Position numbers and translations under genes: made by a program
The notes under the pieces: generated by a model
The model's input: the letters and a program-made list of their open reading frames with translations, nothing else
Databases searched by the model: none
Told to the model about the DNA's origin: nothing
Shown: positions 12,429 to 24,756 of the stretch, piece by piece
Layout: every line of letters starts with the position of its first letter
Position numbering within the stretch: the stretch's first letter is position 1
NCBI GenBank assembly: GCA_950097015.1
Contig: CATNEN010000001.1
Coordinates: 13,702,001-13,766,000 of the forward strand
DNA length: 64,000 nucleotides
From: Macrostomum hystrix
Lineage: Eukaryota; Animalia; Platyhelminthes
Direction of reading: 5' to 3'

Positions 12429-15325
12429 AGAAGTGGTTGGAGAAAAAAGACGCCCAGGAAGCCTGGATGTGCGACGCGACCTACGAAGGTGTAGCGTACA
12501 ACGCGATTATCATCCAGGTGCACCTGCAAGATCTAAACCAGTTAGTGCCGACGGACACGGAGGTCAGTATCCGCTACGTCCGGAAACTGCTGCAGAAGAG
12601 AATGAGCATACCAGACATTCTCATGAAGCTGAGGCCGCGAGTCTTCGAGCCTTCGGACGCCAAGCTAGCCCGCCGTCTGTATCAGGCACAGGTTCGTTAT
12701 ATAATAAACGGAAAATAAATTCCTGTATTTATCTATCTATCTATATACGATCCATATACGATCCTAAAATATTTGCAAATTGCTTTCTCGATTGCACAGG
12801 GTGAGAAGTCTGAGCAGGCCGATCTCGACAGCGATGCCTTTGTAAACGGGCGCGCCACCAAAGTGACTGCAGCGGTCGAGGACTCCGACGTTGAAGAGAC
12901 CTGTCGGACCAAGTCGCTCATCGATTTTCAGCGAGGCCGCGCAACTACGGAGGCGCAACTTGCCCCTGAGGACGACGGCGAGTTGCAGTCATCGGACGAT
13001 GAGGATTCTCGGACGGTGGCTGTATCCGTGGCTGCAGCGGACAGCGGCGCTGATGCGTCTTGTCGGCCGGAGTCACCGACAGGGGCTGTAGCTGTGGCGG
13101 ACAGCGACGCCGACGCGTCTTGCCGGCCGAAGTCCCCGACTGCGGCAGCAGCAGCAGCAGCAGCAGCAACTGCAGCGGGTGATGCGATGGAGTTCGAACC
13201 CCGAGCCGATCTGGCTTTCCTCAATTGGCCGGGTAACAAGGTCATCCGTCGGCTAGGAGAGAAAGCCCAGGCTGCAATGAACTGCAGCCTGACGAGTTCA
13301 GAGGGGCACAGCTTTCTGTTGCTCTGCCTGCTGCGGAAACTGACCGACGAGCACGCCACCAGGGAAAGGGAGCAGTCGGCTCTGCGTCAGGAAATGGCTG
13401 GCTTGCGAGCTGCTTACGCCAGACTATCCGCTGCCTCAGTTGCGCCGTCGTCTGCGAGCCGGACACGGCAGGCGAGCCGCGGACAAGATTCTGGCCAATT
13501 TCAAGTTGGCAGGATTATGTCCACTTTGCGATATCTCCCTTGGAGAACATTCGCGAATTGGTGAGCTCATTATATGTGGTGCAATAGGGTGTGTCAAACA
13601 GATTTGACGCTGAGGTACTCTGATTGTACTTAAGTACAATAGGAGCACACATAATCGTAGCAATTTGCTCTCCCACCTGATTCACCCGAACAGGTGGCGT
13701 TGCTGCACTGCTGCCAAGGTGCAGATTTACGCTCCTCCGTGCGGATGATGTTGGACACCGCAATGACGCCAGCCTTCCAGTGCGGGGTTAACCTGATGGG
13801 ACTTGGGCTGCCTGCCAGGGCTCAGCGAGAAGTTCCGACCGAGCTCAGTGAGAAACAGTTCAGCGTTCGGCAGAATTTCTTGGACCTTTTTGTCGGTAAG
13901 AATCAGTATTGCCTTCGGGAAAATTTAGATAAGAAGTGCCGTATACGAATAACATATTTCACATCATCTACTATTATTTATATCCTACTGCAAGTAGCAA
14001 TCCTTAAACCACTTTAAAGATTACCAAAATTTGAATTTCATGCCGCTACTGCATTTTTAAACCATACTAACAAGTAGCATGAGTTTTTACGCATGCAAAA
14101 AACGTAAATTTGTTTATAAGGTATTACCTTACTTCATTTACCACATTTACCACATCAGACACTGCTAAAGGCTTCTACAAGCCACCGGAGAAGCCGCCGC
14201 AGACGCTGAAGCATGATGTCAAGGAGGCCATTAAGGCCGTTCTAAAGCACGCCAGCGATCGATTAACGCCGAGAGTGCACAGGCGTCGAACTGATGGCCA
14301 CCCGGCTCGTCTTCACACCGGCACGCCTGAGCAGGCGGCAGCAGGTTCATCAATCGGTCTCGCAGAGTCGCCGGCAGCAACGGGCTGCAGACTGCTCCTG
14401 ACGCCGAGACCCGAGCCGCGTCAGCGCCTCAGTCTGGTAGCTTCGCCAGCTGCTTCAACAGACGTGCAGCAGCCACGCAGCGGGCTGCAACCGCAAGCCA
14501 AGAGGCGCCGAACAATGGTGGCAATCATTTCGGATTCTTCGGACGAAGATCCGTCCAGCTGAAAACTTTATTATATTGAAACTGAAATCCCCTGAACTGA
14601 AAAATGCATTACTTTACTTGAGCTTCGCACTTTTTACTTTAATTTATGCCATGTCTTGTGTGTCATAACTTTATGTTACATGTTCCATAATATTAGATGC
14701 AATTTATATTTTACTACTAAAATTATAAATACAATCGAAAATGCTATCTTAAACAAAACATTTACGCCTCTCATATAGGGTATACTAGTTCCATTATGTT
14801 GCTGATGTGACGTACTGGCATAAGCGATTCAACGCGTAGTAACACGGGAATGAGTGGGACAGGAGCGGGTAGCGAGGAGCGGGTAGCGAGCGGAAAGCGG
14901 GAATGGGAAGCAGCTAGCTATAAATCATATTCATGCAATTTCATCACATGCTACTAATAGTAGACTGAAAGGATTTAAAGCTAAAGAATATATAACATTC
15001 GCCCGGGGCGGGCCCGCCCGGCGCGCCAGGCGTGCGGACATTAGCACCGCCTAAAATCCGGTCGCCCGACCAAAAACGGACGGTCGCCGGAACGTCAGGC
15101 GGAACGTTTTTTCCCACTGGGATATGGAGTAAAAAATTAATTGAACCTAACTTTTGGCGAATTTTTGTACCTACAAAACACGAATTTTAATTTTGGTTAT
15201 TATCCGCTAAATGCTTACCTTGACAGGTAATTCTGTTTAAGTGTTTTTCAAATGTCGAAAAATGCACATTTTTCAACTTTCAACTAACGCAAGACGTTTT
15301 ACATCATCATGCCGGACTATTATTC

Positions 15326-15805
15326 ATGCTTATAACCGGGTGCAATTATGAGAATGCAGATCTCATTGCTCGCCTAGGTGGACCCACGATTAGCCGTGCT
15401 GGACTTGCTAACTCTCAGCTGCCGTTCAAGGTGGCTACTACCTGGAAAATCTCTTTTGGCGGTATGGACCGCCCACCTGCTGCTGTGCCACCTCCCGCTA
15501 AAGGGAGCCCAACTAGCATCGTACAGGACGCCCGCGACATTGTTCACGGTAATGCTTTTAGGGTCGAGCACGTGTGCCCTGACACGCCGGACATCACGAC
15601 TGCAGTCGGCTCTGCTGTGGAGAGCATGGATCCTGACGATCTGATCAAGCAGCTGAGCGAGCTGCAGGGCATCGTTGCCGAAGATCTCATTGAGTATCGC
15701 GGAGCTTCTTCTCCCTATGTGCTAGAGAACGATCGTTACGTTCTACGTGAAGATGTCCGCTTGGATCTTCGTGGCCTGCAGCCGGGACACTTCTTCCAAA
15801 TCTGA
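15326..15805 (+). other. GC-rich ORF fragment of unknown origin (possibly a LINE ORF1-like remnant)
   Basis: 159-aa ORF with coding-like composition in an AT-rich context. Only weak resemblance to LINE ORF1. Confidence 0.25.
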
Positions 15806-17139
15806 ACGGGCGAATGCCCAGAGGTTTGTTGCTAAAGACTCATACTAACGTCATACTAACGATGGCACCTGGGACTCGTACATGACACACGATTTTAACC
15901 AAGATACTCACTTTAACTGTACATTGGCACCTGTTAATTGCATTCGAATATTCGACGGGTAGGTATTCGAACCAAAAAAAGAGGAAATTCAACCTTGTTG
16001 CGAGACTCTAAAAAGTACATGAATGCAGTCATTTAGGTAAGATCTACATGTTTATAATACATTTTTTGCCGTTTCGGCGCATTGACTCTGAGCCATACAC
16101 TGCTAAAGTCGAAAAACGTGATTTAGGCTACTTTTATGCATATTTCATGATACAAATGTACAAAAATAAGAAACGACGACATGCTAGGAAAATCGGACTT
16201 TTTAGGCAAGGTACACAACTAAATTGCGCACAATATGTATATCTTGAAATTTTGCCTTAGTTTATTGAAGTCGCTGCCGGTACAGAAATGTACTTTAACG
16301 ACAGTACGGGGGCTTGTACGAGTATCGAACATACTCCTTAGCCTGTAACTTTTGAACGGATTACCGGAGCGCGGCGCTTGGTGTCATTGAACTACATTTT
16401 AGATTTACTTTTATTCGAGTGTATGTTCGCTGTCATCGCACGATGCTTTGTACACCTCAGGCCAGGTCACGTGACTTGCTGGAAATGAAATAATGACTTT
16501 GTACCTATATACTAAGGACAGGGGAAGCATGAGAATGAGCCAAAATTTGTACTTATTAGAAACATCTAGATGACTGCTCTCAGAAAGTGAGAGCACGTCT
16601 GTCAGTTGCAAAGTTTTGTTATAAATGACTGTCAGTCGAAAAATGTGATTTTGTGCAAAAACAACCCATATGAGCACACATAGGGCGGAAAATTTATCAA
16701 TTTTCGCTATGAGGTTCTTAGCTTCCAAGAGCACTATTGTGCCCAGTAAACACGTACAGATGACTGCCATCTTCGTTAGTGTGCAAAAATTCGTATTTTG
16801 ACTCTATTAACATTTACCTAATTACGAGGTTCCAGTACTATGCGTTTATTTGCTATATTTCACGTTGCCATTTATTAACGATGCTACGCCTGGCTTTCAG
16901 TGTGGTGTCAATAAATAGCATCTAGCAAGTGCTTTAAGATGACATCATGCGCATTTCGTTGCGTAAAAGTGTGGGTCCACAGTTTCGTAATAATTTAAAA
17001 AGACCTAATTTCGCAAAAATCATTTTAAAAAATACTAAATATTAACTATAATTAAATATAAGTGTAACTAAAACGCCTTCTGAAACTGAATAAAAAATGC
17101 ACTTAAAAGTGTCGTTGGTGGACCAAATGGAGCAGTTGC

Positions 17140-18305
17140 GAAAAGTGGAGACTTGTGAAAAGCTGGCGCTTCCTTCCGCACACCGGCAGAGCTGCGAAGG
17201 CGACCATGAATATCAAGGAGGGCTGGCTGTTGTCAATTTCTGCGATTCGCTGCTTGTCCGCTCAGTTAATTCAGAACGAAGGCTTCGAGTACGTCTGCAC
17301 GCGAGGGTTCTCGCAGGATCATGTTGAGGTGAGCTTCACATCAGCTGTGCATTTTGTGCTGCTCTTTTTTAGGTTTTTCGAAATTCTCTATGATTAGCTA
17401 ATTTAGCTTCTTTGAAATGTCACTTTTTCAAAAACGCAAATTTACTCCCCGGAAAGGCAGTACATGAAAATCATACTTTCAGAGTGCACCGAGCAGTAGA
17501 ATTTTAACAAAGTGAAACGCCATCCCTTTTCAGAATCTCTTAAGCATCCTAGAGGGCGCAACGGGTTCAATGAAAAACCCGAACTGTCAGCTTACATTGG
17601 CGCACTGAGATCAGTAGCGGCTGGCCGGATTCATTCTCTAAGCCGGATTCATCGGCTAGGAACTATGAGGATGACGGCTGCTCAGTTGCGATCTCAGCTT
17701 CCGGCGCATCAGCTTGCGCATCAGTAAGATGAGACCACAGCAATGCTGCAACCAGTAACTGGACACCGCCGAGTGAAGCCTCTGCCAGCAATTCAAACGA
17801 AGCAGCCATCCCGCTGCTGCGCGAACCGATAGGCCTGGCTACTGTCCAAGACGATGCAGTACTGAACGAGGCCACTGAATACGTAGCTGGTTACGTGCTG
17901 AAAAAGAGTGGCGTATTGGACTGCAGCGACTGCAGGGCGGAGCTGACAGTGTCAGATCCGTCTGGCTGTCATATGCAGCACAAGCGTCTGCCCCACGCAG
18001 TCATCGGCCTAACGCATCCTTCACCAGCGGCTTTGCGCGAGTTCTGCAAGTTGGAGGCTGCCTTCGTTGCGCAATCGCACAGTTTTATTGTGCAGTCGCA
18101 GGTAGCTAAACGATTGGCTGTTGTGTGAACAGCTGCAGCAGTTGCACTGCCGTCGTGCAGCTCACACGCTGCACATGTGCAGCGTCAGGTATGCAGCACG
18201 TTTGCACGGCTGCGACTGCATCATTGGTGCCGCTGCGAGATGAGAAGCCTGCGAGCAGCGGCGAGCAGGAGCAGCACGCTGCGAAAGTAAACAAACTGCG
18301 ATGAG
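17140..18305 (+). pseudogene. Decayed C-terminal part of a second P-element/THAP9-type transposase
   Basis: GWLLSISAI...GFEYVCTRGFSQDHVE|intron (GT 17329, AG ~17533)|...RGRNGFNEKP..., then EYVAGYVLKK...CSDC...GLTHPS. Frameshifts and stops present; N-terminus missing. Confidence 0.8.
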
Positions 18306-18355
18306 CTAGCTGATTAATTGATGTGAAATCATTCTATTTAAATAAACAAATATGC

Positions 18356-18650
18356 TGTGGCGGTCAAGGGCAAGTGCACTCGGTGGCAGCCACTTGCAAG
18401 CCGTTCTGCCCGCCGACTTCTCACACCACCCCACGTCTGCACGCGGCCAACCCCGGGGGTTAGGGGTGGGCGCCACCCCTCCCCAGCGTGGCGTGTTTGG
18501 GCGGTGTGACCTTGACTTTTTTACCGCTTGTTTACGCGATGGCCGTATAAGACTGTTTGCGTGCGCCTCCTTCTGTTTATCCTTTTCCGCGTTTCACTTT
18601 GCTCTCCGCAAATATACGTTTCGCACGCAGTAGCTAGCTACCACGCTACA
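18356..18650 (+). repeat. 5' LTR
   Basis: TGTGGCGG...CGCTACA; no differences seen from 22502-22796. Confidence 0.95.
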
Positions 18651-18683
18651 TTGGTGAGCCCGACACCCGCCATTCCGTTTTAA

Positions 18684-19388
18684 ATGGCGCTTCCTACTGA
18701 GTCATCCGTAGCACTCAAGCTGCCCACGTTTTGGGCTGCACAGCCACGCGCGTGGTTTATTCAGGCGGAGGCCCAGTTCCAGCTGCGGGGCATCAGCCAG
18801 GACGACACCAAGTACCACCACTTGGTCGCCTCGCTTGACCAGCGGACCGCTGAACGCCTGCTGGATGTCCTGGAGAGCCCTCCGGACACCAACAAATACG
18901 GCAGGTTGAAGGAGCGCCTGCTCGGCTCTTTCAGCCTCACCCGGCAGCAGCGAGCCAGCCGCCTGCTCAGCATGTCCAGCCTCGGAGATCGCCGTCCGTC
19001 CGAGCTGATGGACGAAATGCTGGCCCTGCTGGGCGACCATCGGCCTTGCCTGCTCTTTGAAGAGCTTTTCCGCCAGCAGCTGCCCGCGGACATCCGGATG
19101 GCGCTCGCTTCTGCAGATTTCGAGGATCCCCGGGCGGTCGCGCAGCTCGCCGACCAGCTCTGGGCCAGCCGACCGCAACCAATGGCCGCCTCTGCGCACC
19201 TGGAGGACCTGCCCGAGGTTTGCGCCGCGCGACAGGCTGCTCGGCCTCGCGCCAAGTCGCCCCGGCCGGGACACCGCGGCAGCCGCACTCCGGAGGTGTG
19301 CTATTTCCACCGCAAGTTCGGCGCGAAGGCCAGGCAATGCGAGCAGCCCTGCAGCTTCTCGGGAAACGGGCTGGCCGGCCGTCAGTGA
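18684..19388 (+). CDS. gag: Gag (234 aa) with CHCC-type knuckle
   Basis: KLPTFW..PRAWF.QAEAQF N-terminal motif; [18 protein letters not shown]. Confidence 0.9.
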   Translation: MALPTESSVALKLPTFWAAQPRAWFIQAEAQFQLRGISQDDTKYHHLVASLDQRTAERLLDVLESPPDTNKYGRLKERLLGSFSLTRQQRASRLLSMSSLGDRRPSELMDEMLALLGDHRPCLLFEELFRQQLPADIRMALASADFEDPRAVAQLADQLWASRPQPMAASAHLEDLPEVCAARQAARPRAKSPRPGHRGSRTPEVCYFHRKFGAKARQCEQPCSFSGNGLAGRQ

Positions 19389-22300
19389 ACATCGCGGCGG
19401 CCGGCAACCTGCTGCTCATCCCCGACGTCCAGTCCGGCCGGCGTTTCCTGGTGGACACGGGCGCCGAGGTCAGCATCTTCCCAGCCTCCGCGGACGATGC
19501 CCGCGCCCGCTCGCCGGGCCCGCCCCTGTTCGCCGCCAACGGAAGCCGAATTCGCACATTCGGCAGTCGCAGCCTCACCCTAGACATCGGCCTGAAGACC
19601 TGCACTTGGTCGTTCGTGCTGGCCGAGGTCTCCAGGCCGCTGATCGGCGCCGACTTCCTGCGCCACCACGGCCTGCTAGTGGACCTGCCGAACCGCCGTC
19701 TCCTGGACGCCAGCTCCCTGGCCAGCGTGCACCTGCTGCCCGGTTCCGGTTCTGCACCGCAGCTCGCCGCCGCCGTGGCCAAGGACCCGTACAGCCGACT
19801 GCTGGCGGAGTTCCCCAGCATCACGGAGCCCAGTTTCATCAGGGCCACGCCGCGGCACGGCGTCGAACACTGCATCCCGACGACGGGCCCTCCGGTACAT
19901 GCCAGGGCGCGCCGCCTGCCACCCGACAAGCTGGCTGCAGCCAAGGAGGAGTTTCGCAACCTGGAGCAGCTCGGAATCGTGCGGCGGTCCAGCAGCCCGT
20001 GGTCGTCGCCGCTGCACATGGTGCCTAAGGCTTCCGGCGGTTTCCGGCCCTGCGGCGATTTCAGGCGTCTCAACGACGCCACGGTGCCAGACCGCTACCC
20101 TGTGCCGCATATCCAAGACTTTTCGGCGCGGCTGACCGGCTGCACCGTGTTCTCTAAGATTGACCTGGTGCGCGGCTACCACCAGATCCCAGTCGCCGAG
20201 GCCGACATCCCGAAGACCGCCGTAATAACGCCCTTCGGGCTGTTCGAGTTCCTCCGCATGCCATTTGGCCTGAAAAACGCGGCACAGGCCTTCCAGCGCT
20301 TAGTGGACTCGATTTGCCAGGACCTGCCAGCAGTTTTCGCCTACATCGACGATTTCCTGGTGGCCAGCAACAGCCTTGAGCAGCACGAGGAGCACCTGCG
20401 GCAGCTGTTCCAGCGCCTCGCTGACAACGGCCTGTTGCTGAACCCGGCCAAGTGCCAGTTCGGCCGCAGCCAGATCGACTTCCTGGGCCACAGGATCAGC
20501 GCCGCGGGTGCCGTGCCGCTGCCGGACAAAGTCGACGTCATCGCCCGATTCGCGCCGCCCACGACGGTGAAGGGCCTCCAGGAGTTCGCCGGCATGGTGA
20601 ACTTCTATCACCGCTTTGTGCCCCGCGCTGCCCAGCTGCTGCGCCCGATCTACCAGGCCATGTCCGGCAAGGGGAAGCTGGTGCAGTGGACGCCAGAGCT
20701 GACCGAGGCTTTCGACAATACCAAGCGAGCGCTCGCTAACGCAGCCATGCTGGCGCACCCCAGGCCCGAGGCGCCGATGGCCCTCACAGTCGACGCTTCC
20801 GACACGGCCGTCGGCGCCGTCCTCGAACAGCACGTCGGCCTCGCCTGGCAGCCACTTGCCTTCTTCAGCCGCCAGCTGAGGCCAGCGGAGCAGAAGTACA
20901 GCGCTTTCGACCGCGAGCTTCTGGCGCTGTACCTAGCGGTCCGCCACTTTCGTTTCTTCCTGGAGGGGCGCCCATTCACCGCCTACACGGACCACAAACC
21001 GCTGGCCGCCGCCATGGCCAAGCTGTCCGACCCGTGGTCCGCCCGACAGCAACGCCACCTGGCGTACGTTAGCGAGTTCACCACGGACGTCCAGCACATC
21101 GCCGGCAAGGACAACCCGGTGGCCGACGCGCTGTCCCGCTGCACCGTGGCCAGTGTGCTACCTGGCGTCGACTATGCCGCCATGGCGCGGGTCCAGCAGG
21201 CCCCCACCGAGCCACACTCCGGGCTTCGGTTGGAGCGAGTGAGCCTCCGCGCAGGCTTGGAGTTGCTCTGCGACGTCTCCACCGGTCGGCCCCGCCCGCT
21301 GGTGCCGCCTGATTTCCGACGGCCGGTGTTCGACGCCATCCACGGCCTCGCGCACCCCTCCATCCGCAGCTCCCGCCGCCTCGTCGCCGACCGTTTCGTC
21401 TGGCCCGGCCTCAAACGGGACGTCGGCCTTTGGGCTCGCAGCTGCGTCGCCTGCCAGACGGCTAAAGTCCAGCGGCACGTGGTCAGCGAGCCGGACAGCA
21501 TCCCGGTGCCTCGCGATCGTTTCGCACACGTGCACATCGACCTGGTCGGCCCGCTGCCGCCGTCGCAAGGTTTCACGCACCTGCTGACCGTGGTCGACCG
21601 TTTCACGCGCTGGCCGGAAGCAATCCCGCTGGCCGACACCTCCGCGGCCACCTGCGCCGGCGCCTTCATCACGCACTGGGTCGCCCGTTTCGGCGTGCCT
21701 GGCGACCTCACCTCCGACCGCGGCCCGCAATTCACCTCGGAGCTGTGGGCGAACGTCTCCCGCCTGCTGGGCATGCAGCTGCACCAGACGACGGCTTTTC
21801 ATCCACAGGCCAACGGGCTGGTCGAGCGTTTTCATCGACATCTCAAGGCCTCCTTGATGGCGCGGCTGACAGGGCCGTCCTGGACTACCGAGTTGCCCTG
21901 GGTGCTGCTGGGCATCCGCACGGCGCCCAAGGAGGATTTCGGAGTTTCTTCGGCCGAAATGGTGTACGGCGTCCCACTGGCGGTGCCGGGCGAGTGCCTG
22001 CAGGCCGGCCCACCCACCGCGAGCCACGACGGTTTTCTGACCCACCTGCGCCAGGCCGTGCAGGTTTTCCGGCCGCCACCGACCTCCCAACACGGTCGCC
22101 GTGCCACCGCCTGGCCGACTGCCCTGGACGCCTGCACGCACGTTTTCGTCCGCCGCGACGGGCACCGGCCGGCACTGCAGCCGCCTTACCTCGGCCCCTT
22201 CAAGGTGCTGAAGCGCGGCGCCAAGGCGTTCCTCCTCGACCTCGTCACCCGGCAGGACCACGTGTCGGTGGACCGGCTCAAGCCGGCAACGCTCGACCCA

Positions 22301-22609
22301 ACCAGCCCGGCTCCGACGCCGCAACTTCGCCCGCGCGGCCGGCCGCCGCGGGACCCAACGACACGCCCGCCTAGCGTTCCCGGCACCAAAGCAGAGCCGG
22401 CCGCCACTCCACCGGTCACCCCTCCGCCGGTTCCTCTGCGTCGGCGCCAGCCGCAGCGCCGGTGCCGGCGGGTACCGAAGGCCACCGCTGGGGGGGAGCC
22501 CTGTGGCGGTCAAGGGCAAGTGCACTCGGTGGCAGCCACTTGCAAGCCGTTCTGCCCGCCGACTTCTCACACCACCCCACGTCTGCACGCGGCCAACCCC
22601 GGGGGTTAG
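19361..22609 (+). CDS. pol: Pol (protease-RT-RNase H-integrase), -1 frame relative to gag
   Basis: LVDTGA protease; YIDD RT; VDAS...ELLA...TDHKPL RNase H; HHCC then HIDL, SDRG, GLVERFH integrase; GPY/F motif. Slippery heptamer GGGAAAC at 19361-19367. Confidence 0.95.
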   Translation, partial: GKRAGRPSVNIAAAGNLLLIPDVQSGRRFLVDTGAEVSIFPASADDARARSPGPPLFAANGSRIRTFGSRSLTLDIGLKTCTWSFVLAEVSRPLIGADFLRHHGLLVDLPNRRLLDASSLASVHLLPGSGSAPQLAAAVAKDPYSRLLAEFPSITEPSFIRATPRHGVEHCIPTTGPPVHARARRLPPDKLAAAKEEFRNLEQLGIVRRSSSPWSSPLHMVPKASGGFRPCGDFRRLNDATVPDRYPVPHIQDFSARLTGCTVFSKIDLVRGYHQIPVAEADIPKTAVITPFGLFEFLRMPFGLKNAAQAFQRLVDSICQDLPAVFAYIDDFLVASNSLEQHEEHLRQLFQRLADNGLLLNPAKCQFGRSQIDFLGHRISAAGAVPLPDKVDVIARFAPPTTVKGLQEFAGMVNFYHRFVPRAAQLLRPIYQAMSGKGKLVQWTPELTEAFDNTKRALANAAMLAHPRPEAPMALTVDASDTAVGAVLEQHVGLAWQPLAFFSRQLRPAEQKYSAFDRELLALYLAVRHFRFFLEGRPFTAYTDHKPLAAAMAKLSDPWSARQQRHLAYVSEFTTDVQHIAGKDNPVADALSRCTVASVLPGVDYAAMARVQQAPTEPHSGLRLERVSLRAGLELLCDVSTGRPRPLVPPDFRRPVFDAIHGLAHPSIRSSRRLVADRFVWPGLKRDVGLWARSCVACQTAKVQRHVVSEPDSIPVPRDRFAHVHIDLVGPLPPSQGFTHLLTVVDRFTRWPEAIPLADTSAATCAGAFITHWVARFGVPGDLTSDRGPQFTSELWANVSRLLGMQLHQTTAFHPQANGLVERFHRHLKASLMARLTGPSWTTELPWVLLGIRTAPKEDFGVSSAEMVYGVPLAVPGECLQAGPPTASHDGFLTHLRQAVQVFRPPPTSQHGRRATAWPTALDACTHVFVRRDGHRPALQPPYLGPFKVLKRGAKAFLLDLVTRQDHVSVDRLKPATLDPTSPAPTPQLRPRGRPPRDPTTRPPSVPGTKAEPAATPPVTPPPVPLRRRQPQRRCRRVPKATAGGEPCGGQGQVHSVAATCKPFCPPTSHTTPRLHAANPGG

Positions 22610-22796
22610 GGGTGGGCGCCACCCCTCCCCAGCGTGGCGTGTTTGGGCGGTGTGACCTTGACTTTTTTACCGCTTGTTTACGCGATGGCCGTATAAGACT
22701 GTTTGCGTGCGCCTCCTTCTGTTTATCCTTTTCCGCGTTTCACTTTGCTCTCCGCAAATATACGTTTCGCACGCAGTAGCTAGCTACCACGCTACA
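22502..22796 (+). repeat. 3' LTR
   Basis: Direct copy of the 5' LTR, followed by TSD ATGC. Confidence 0.95.
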
Positions 22797-23260
22797 ATGC
22801 AGTATATAATAGCTTGTATTTGCCAAGTATAGTTAACTGCAATAATATTGCTGTCAATGCAATCTAAAGCATTCACACTATTGCTTTTTGTCGTAGAAAT
22901 TAAAGTTAAAAGTTTATTTTTGCTAATAATATAATAATACAATTGCTGCATTGTATTCATCTTGTTTTTTTATTTTTTTTATAAAAACGCATGTTTTAAT
23001 CACTACTAAGCAGAAAGTAGAATAAAAAACTTGCCCAGAAAATTAGCCTGAGTGGCCTATCTAGTGTTTATAGTATCTGTGCTCACATCTGAATTTGCTT
23101 GCGAATATTGAAAACTAGTTTTTACTGTTTACGACTTGTGCAAAATAATCAATTAACTCTCTTTTCCTTAAAATTATTATACCTCACTGTTTGCAAACGT
23201 TCTTTACTATTAATGCTTGACATGTACATTTATTGTGCCAATTGAAACATTGTTTAAGAG

Positions 23261-24040
23261 TTGTATTCTTTTACTGGTGAAACAGGTGCTGCTGTAATGG
23301 ATTTTGCCGAGGGCCATGTAACTGCTGCTGTACAAGTCCAACCTGTATGGGTTCCTTTTTCTTCGTGTCGCGTTGAGAATGTACGAGGTGACGGCAACTG
23401 TTTTTTCACGTCCATATTGAGGCAATTACAAGAACTGCCAGGTTTTTCCGCCTATCAATCGCTAAGCGTAGAAAATTTTCGAGATGCGGTTGCTGCAGAA
23501 TTCGAGCAATGGGTGCTTCGCGATGTCAATAATCAGGAAAGAATTATGCAAACAGGACTGAATTGGGAAAAAGTGCGCGACGATACAAGGCGTCCCCGTA
23601 TGTACGTGCCATGCGGAGTTCCAGAACTAATTGGCGAAGTGTTGCAGCTAGAAGTGTTTATTTATCAGTCAAACATGCTTAATCTAGCGCGGCCTGGCCA
23701 TTATTCCCGAACGAATATAGGAGAACGTTTGGCTACTATTCGGTTGTTGTTTAATCCTGGTAGTCGAACTTACGAAATCGTTCGTGTCAATGATTTGGAA
23801 GTGAATGAAGCAAGCTCAGTTCGGCCGACTGGCCAAGGAGAATTGGGAGCCAAGAATGTGGAAATGCCCCCTCTCAACGAGAATGTTCGTGTTGTCGAAG
23901 ATCCTGTTGTGATGATGCCACCTCCAGCTCCACCAATGAAGGCTTTTGAAAAGGTTGCAGACTGGACCCGAGTTCAAAGTAGGCATTGGAAGGGACGTAG
24001 TAGAAATCAAGCGAAGTCCTTACTTTGCTTCGGAAAATAA
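23261..24040 (+). CDS. OTU-like cysteine protease domain ORF, probably Helitron-associated and decaying
   Basis: NVRGDGNCFFTSILRQL...FRDAVA is the OTU catalytic-Cys motif. Same strand and upstream of the Helitron Rep/Hel remnants. Confidence 0.7.
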   Translation: MYSFTGETGAAVMDFAEGHVTAAVQVQPVWVPFSSCRVENVRGDGNCFFTSILRQLQELPGFSAYQSLSVENFRDAVAAEFEQWVLRDVNNQERIMQTGLNWEKVRDDTRRPRMYVPCGVPELIGEVLQLEVFIYQSNMLNLARPGHYSRTNIGERLATIRLLFNPGSRTYEIVRVNDLEVNEASSVRPTGQGELGAKNVEMPPLNENVRVVEDPVVMMPPPAPPMKAFEKVADWTRVQSRHWKGRSRNQAKSLLCFGK

Positions 24041-24756
24041 TACAAGGTCGTTTGCGCATCCGAATTCATATGAAGTGCTTCGGGATCGGAACAACTCTGC
24101 CTGGAATTGGAATGTCACCAAGTCGGGCACCAAGTTGTAGTTGCATCGGTTGTGGCGACTCAGTTTCGGCGGTTTCAAGCGTTTCTTGCCATTTGGAAAA
24201 AGGAAGAGTTCGAGAAAAGAAGAGCGACGTTGTACCAAGTGCTCCTACTCGTCGCAGCGAGCGTTTGAAAAACCAGCAGCAAGTGGTCAACTATGCCAAT
24301 TCTTCACCACGGAAACAGAGATTGACAAACGCAGAAAATCATGACTGCGAACCTGTTCGATCGTCACCTAGAAGACGGCACCTTTGCAGCAGGAGCAGCA
24401 AGATAAAAGTCAGTTTGATAATATTCCAGCTACTTCTACGTATTCATCACCACGAAAGGCACGTGCTACTTAGGAGAAGCCTGATAAAGCGATCCGTTCG
24501 TCACCCAGGAAGCGGCCTACAATGGAGCAGCAGCCAGCTGAATAAAATGTTCCGCAGAGCAGCACTGCAGAAAAGAGGGCTTAAGATGCACCAATTGTTG
24601 AACATAAAATCGGAGATCCCAATCTGCCAAAGTGCATTCGCAATACGTTCACAGACCAGTTCAAAAAGATAAGGCAAGACTTTTTCAATGAAAACATATC
24701 AAAAGTATCACATTTTAAAGAGTTGAATTAGCTGCGGGTTTGCAATCCGATGATCT

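Larger units (their letters stand above)
5211..14562 (+). pseudogene. DUF4806/BEN-like protein gene interrupted by the P-like transposon (exons 5211-5318 joined to 12437-12691, 12800-13560, 13694-13895, 14159-14562)
   Basis: Removing the transposon and one TSD copy restores an in-frame ORF (MMKFIVIF...WSREKW|LEKKDAQEAW...). GT-AG introns at 12692-12799, 13561-13693 and 13896-14158. C-terminal GADLRSSVRMML...VNLMG...IKAVLKHASDR resembles DUF4806. A frameshift is needed near 13490. Confidence 0.6.
18356..22796 (+). mobile_element. Full-length Ty3/gypsy LTR retrotransposon, CsRn1-like
   Basis: 295-bp TG...CA LTRs (18356-18650, 22502-22796), 4-bp TSD ATGC, PBS TGGTGAGCCCGAC at 18652, PPT GGGGGGGAG before the 3' LTR, intact gag and pol. 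Confidence 0.97.

Noticed and set aside
18702-22588. Long antisense and alternate-frame ORFs over gag-pol
   Set aside because: Shadow ORFs expected from very high GC and codon bias.
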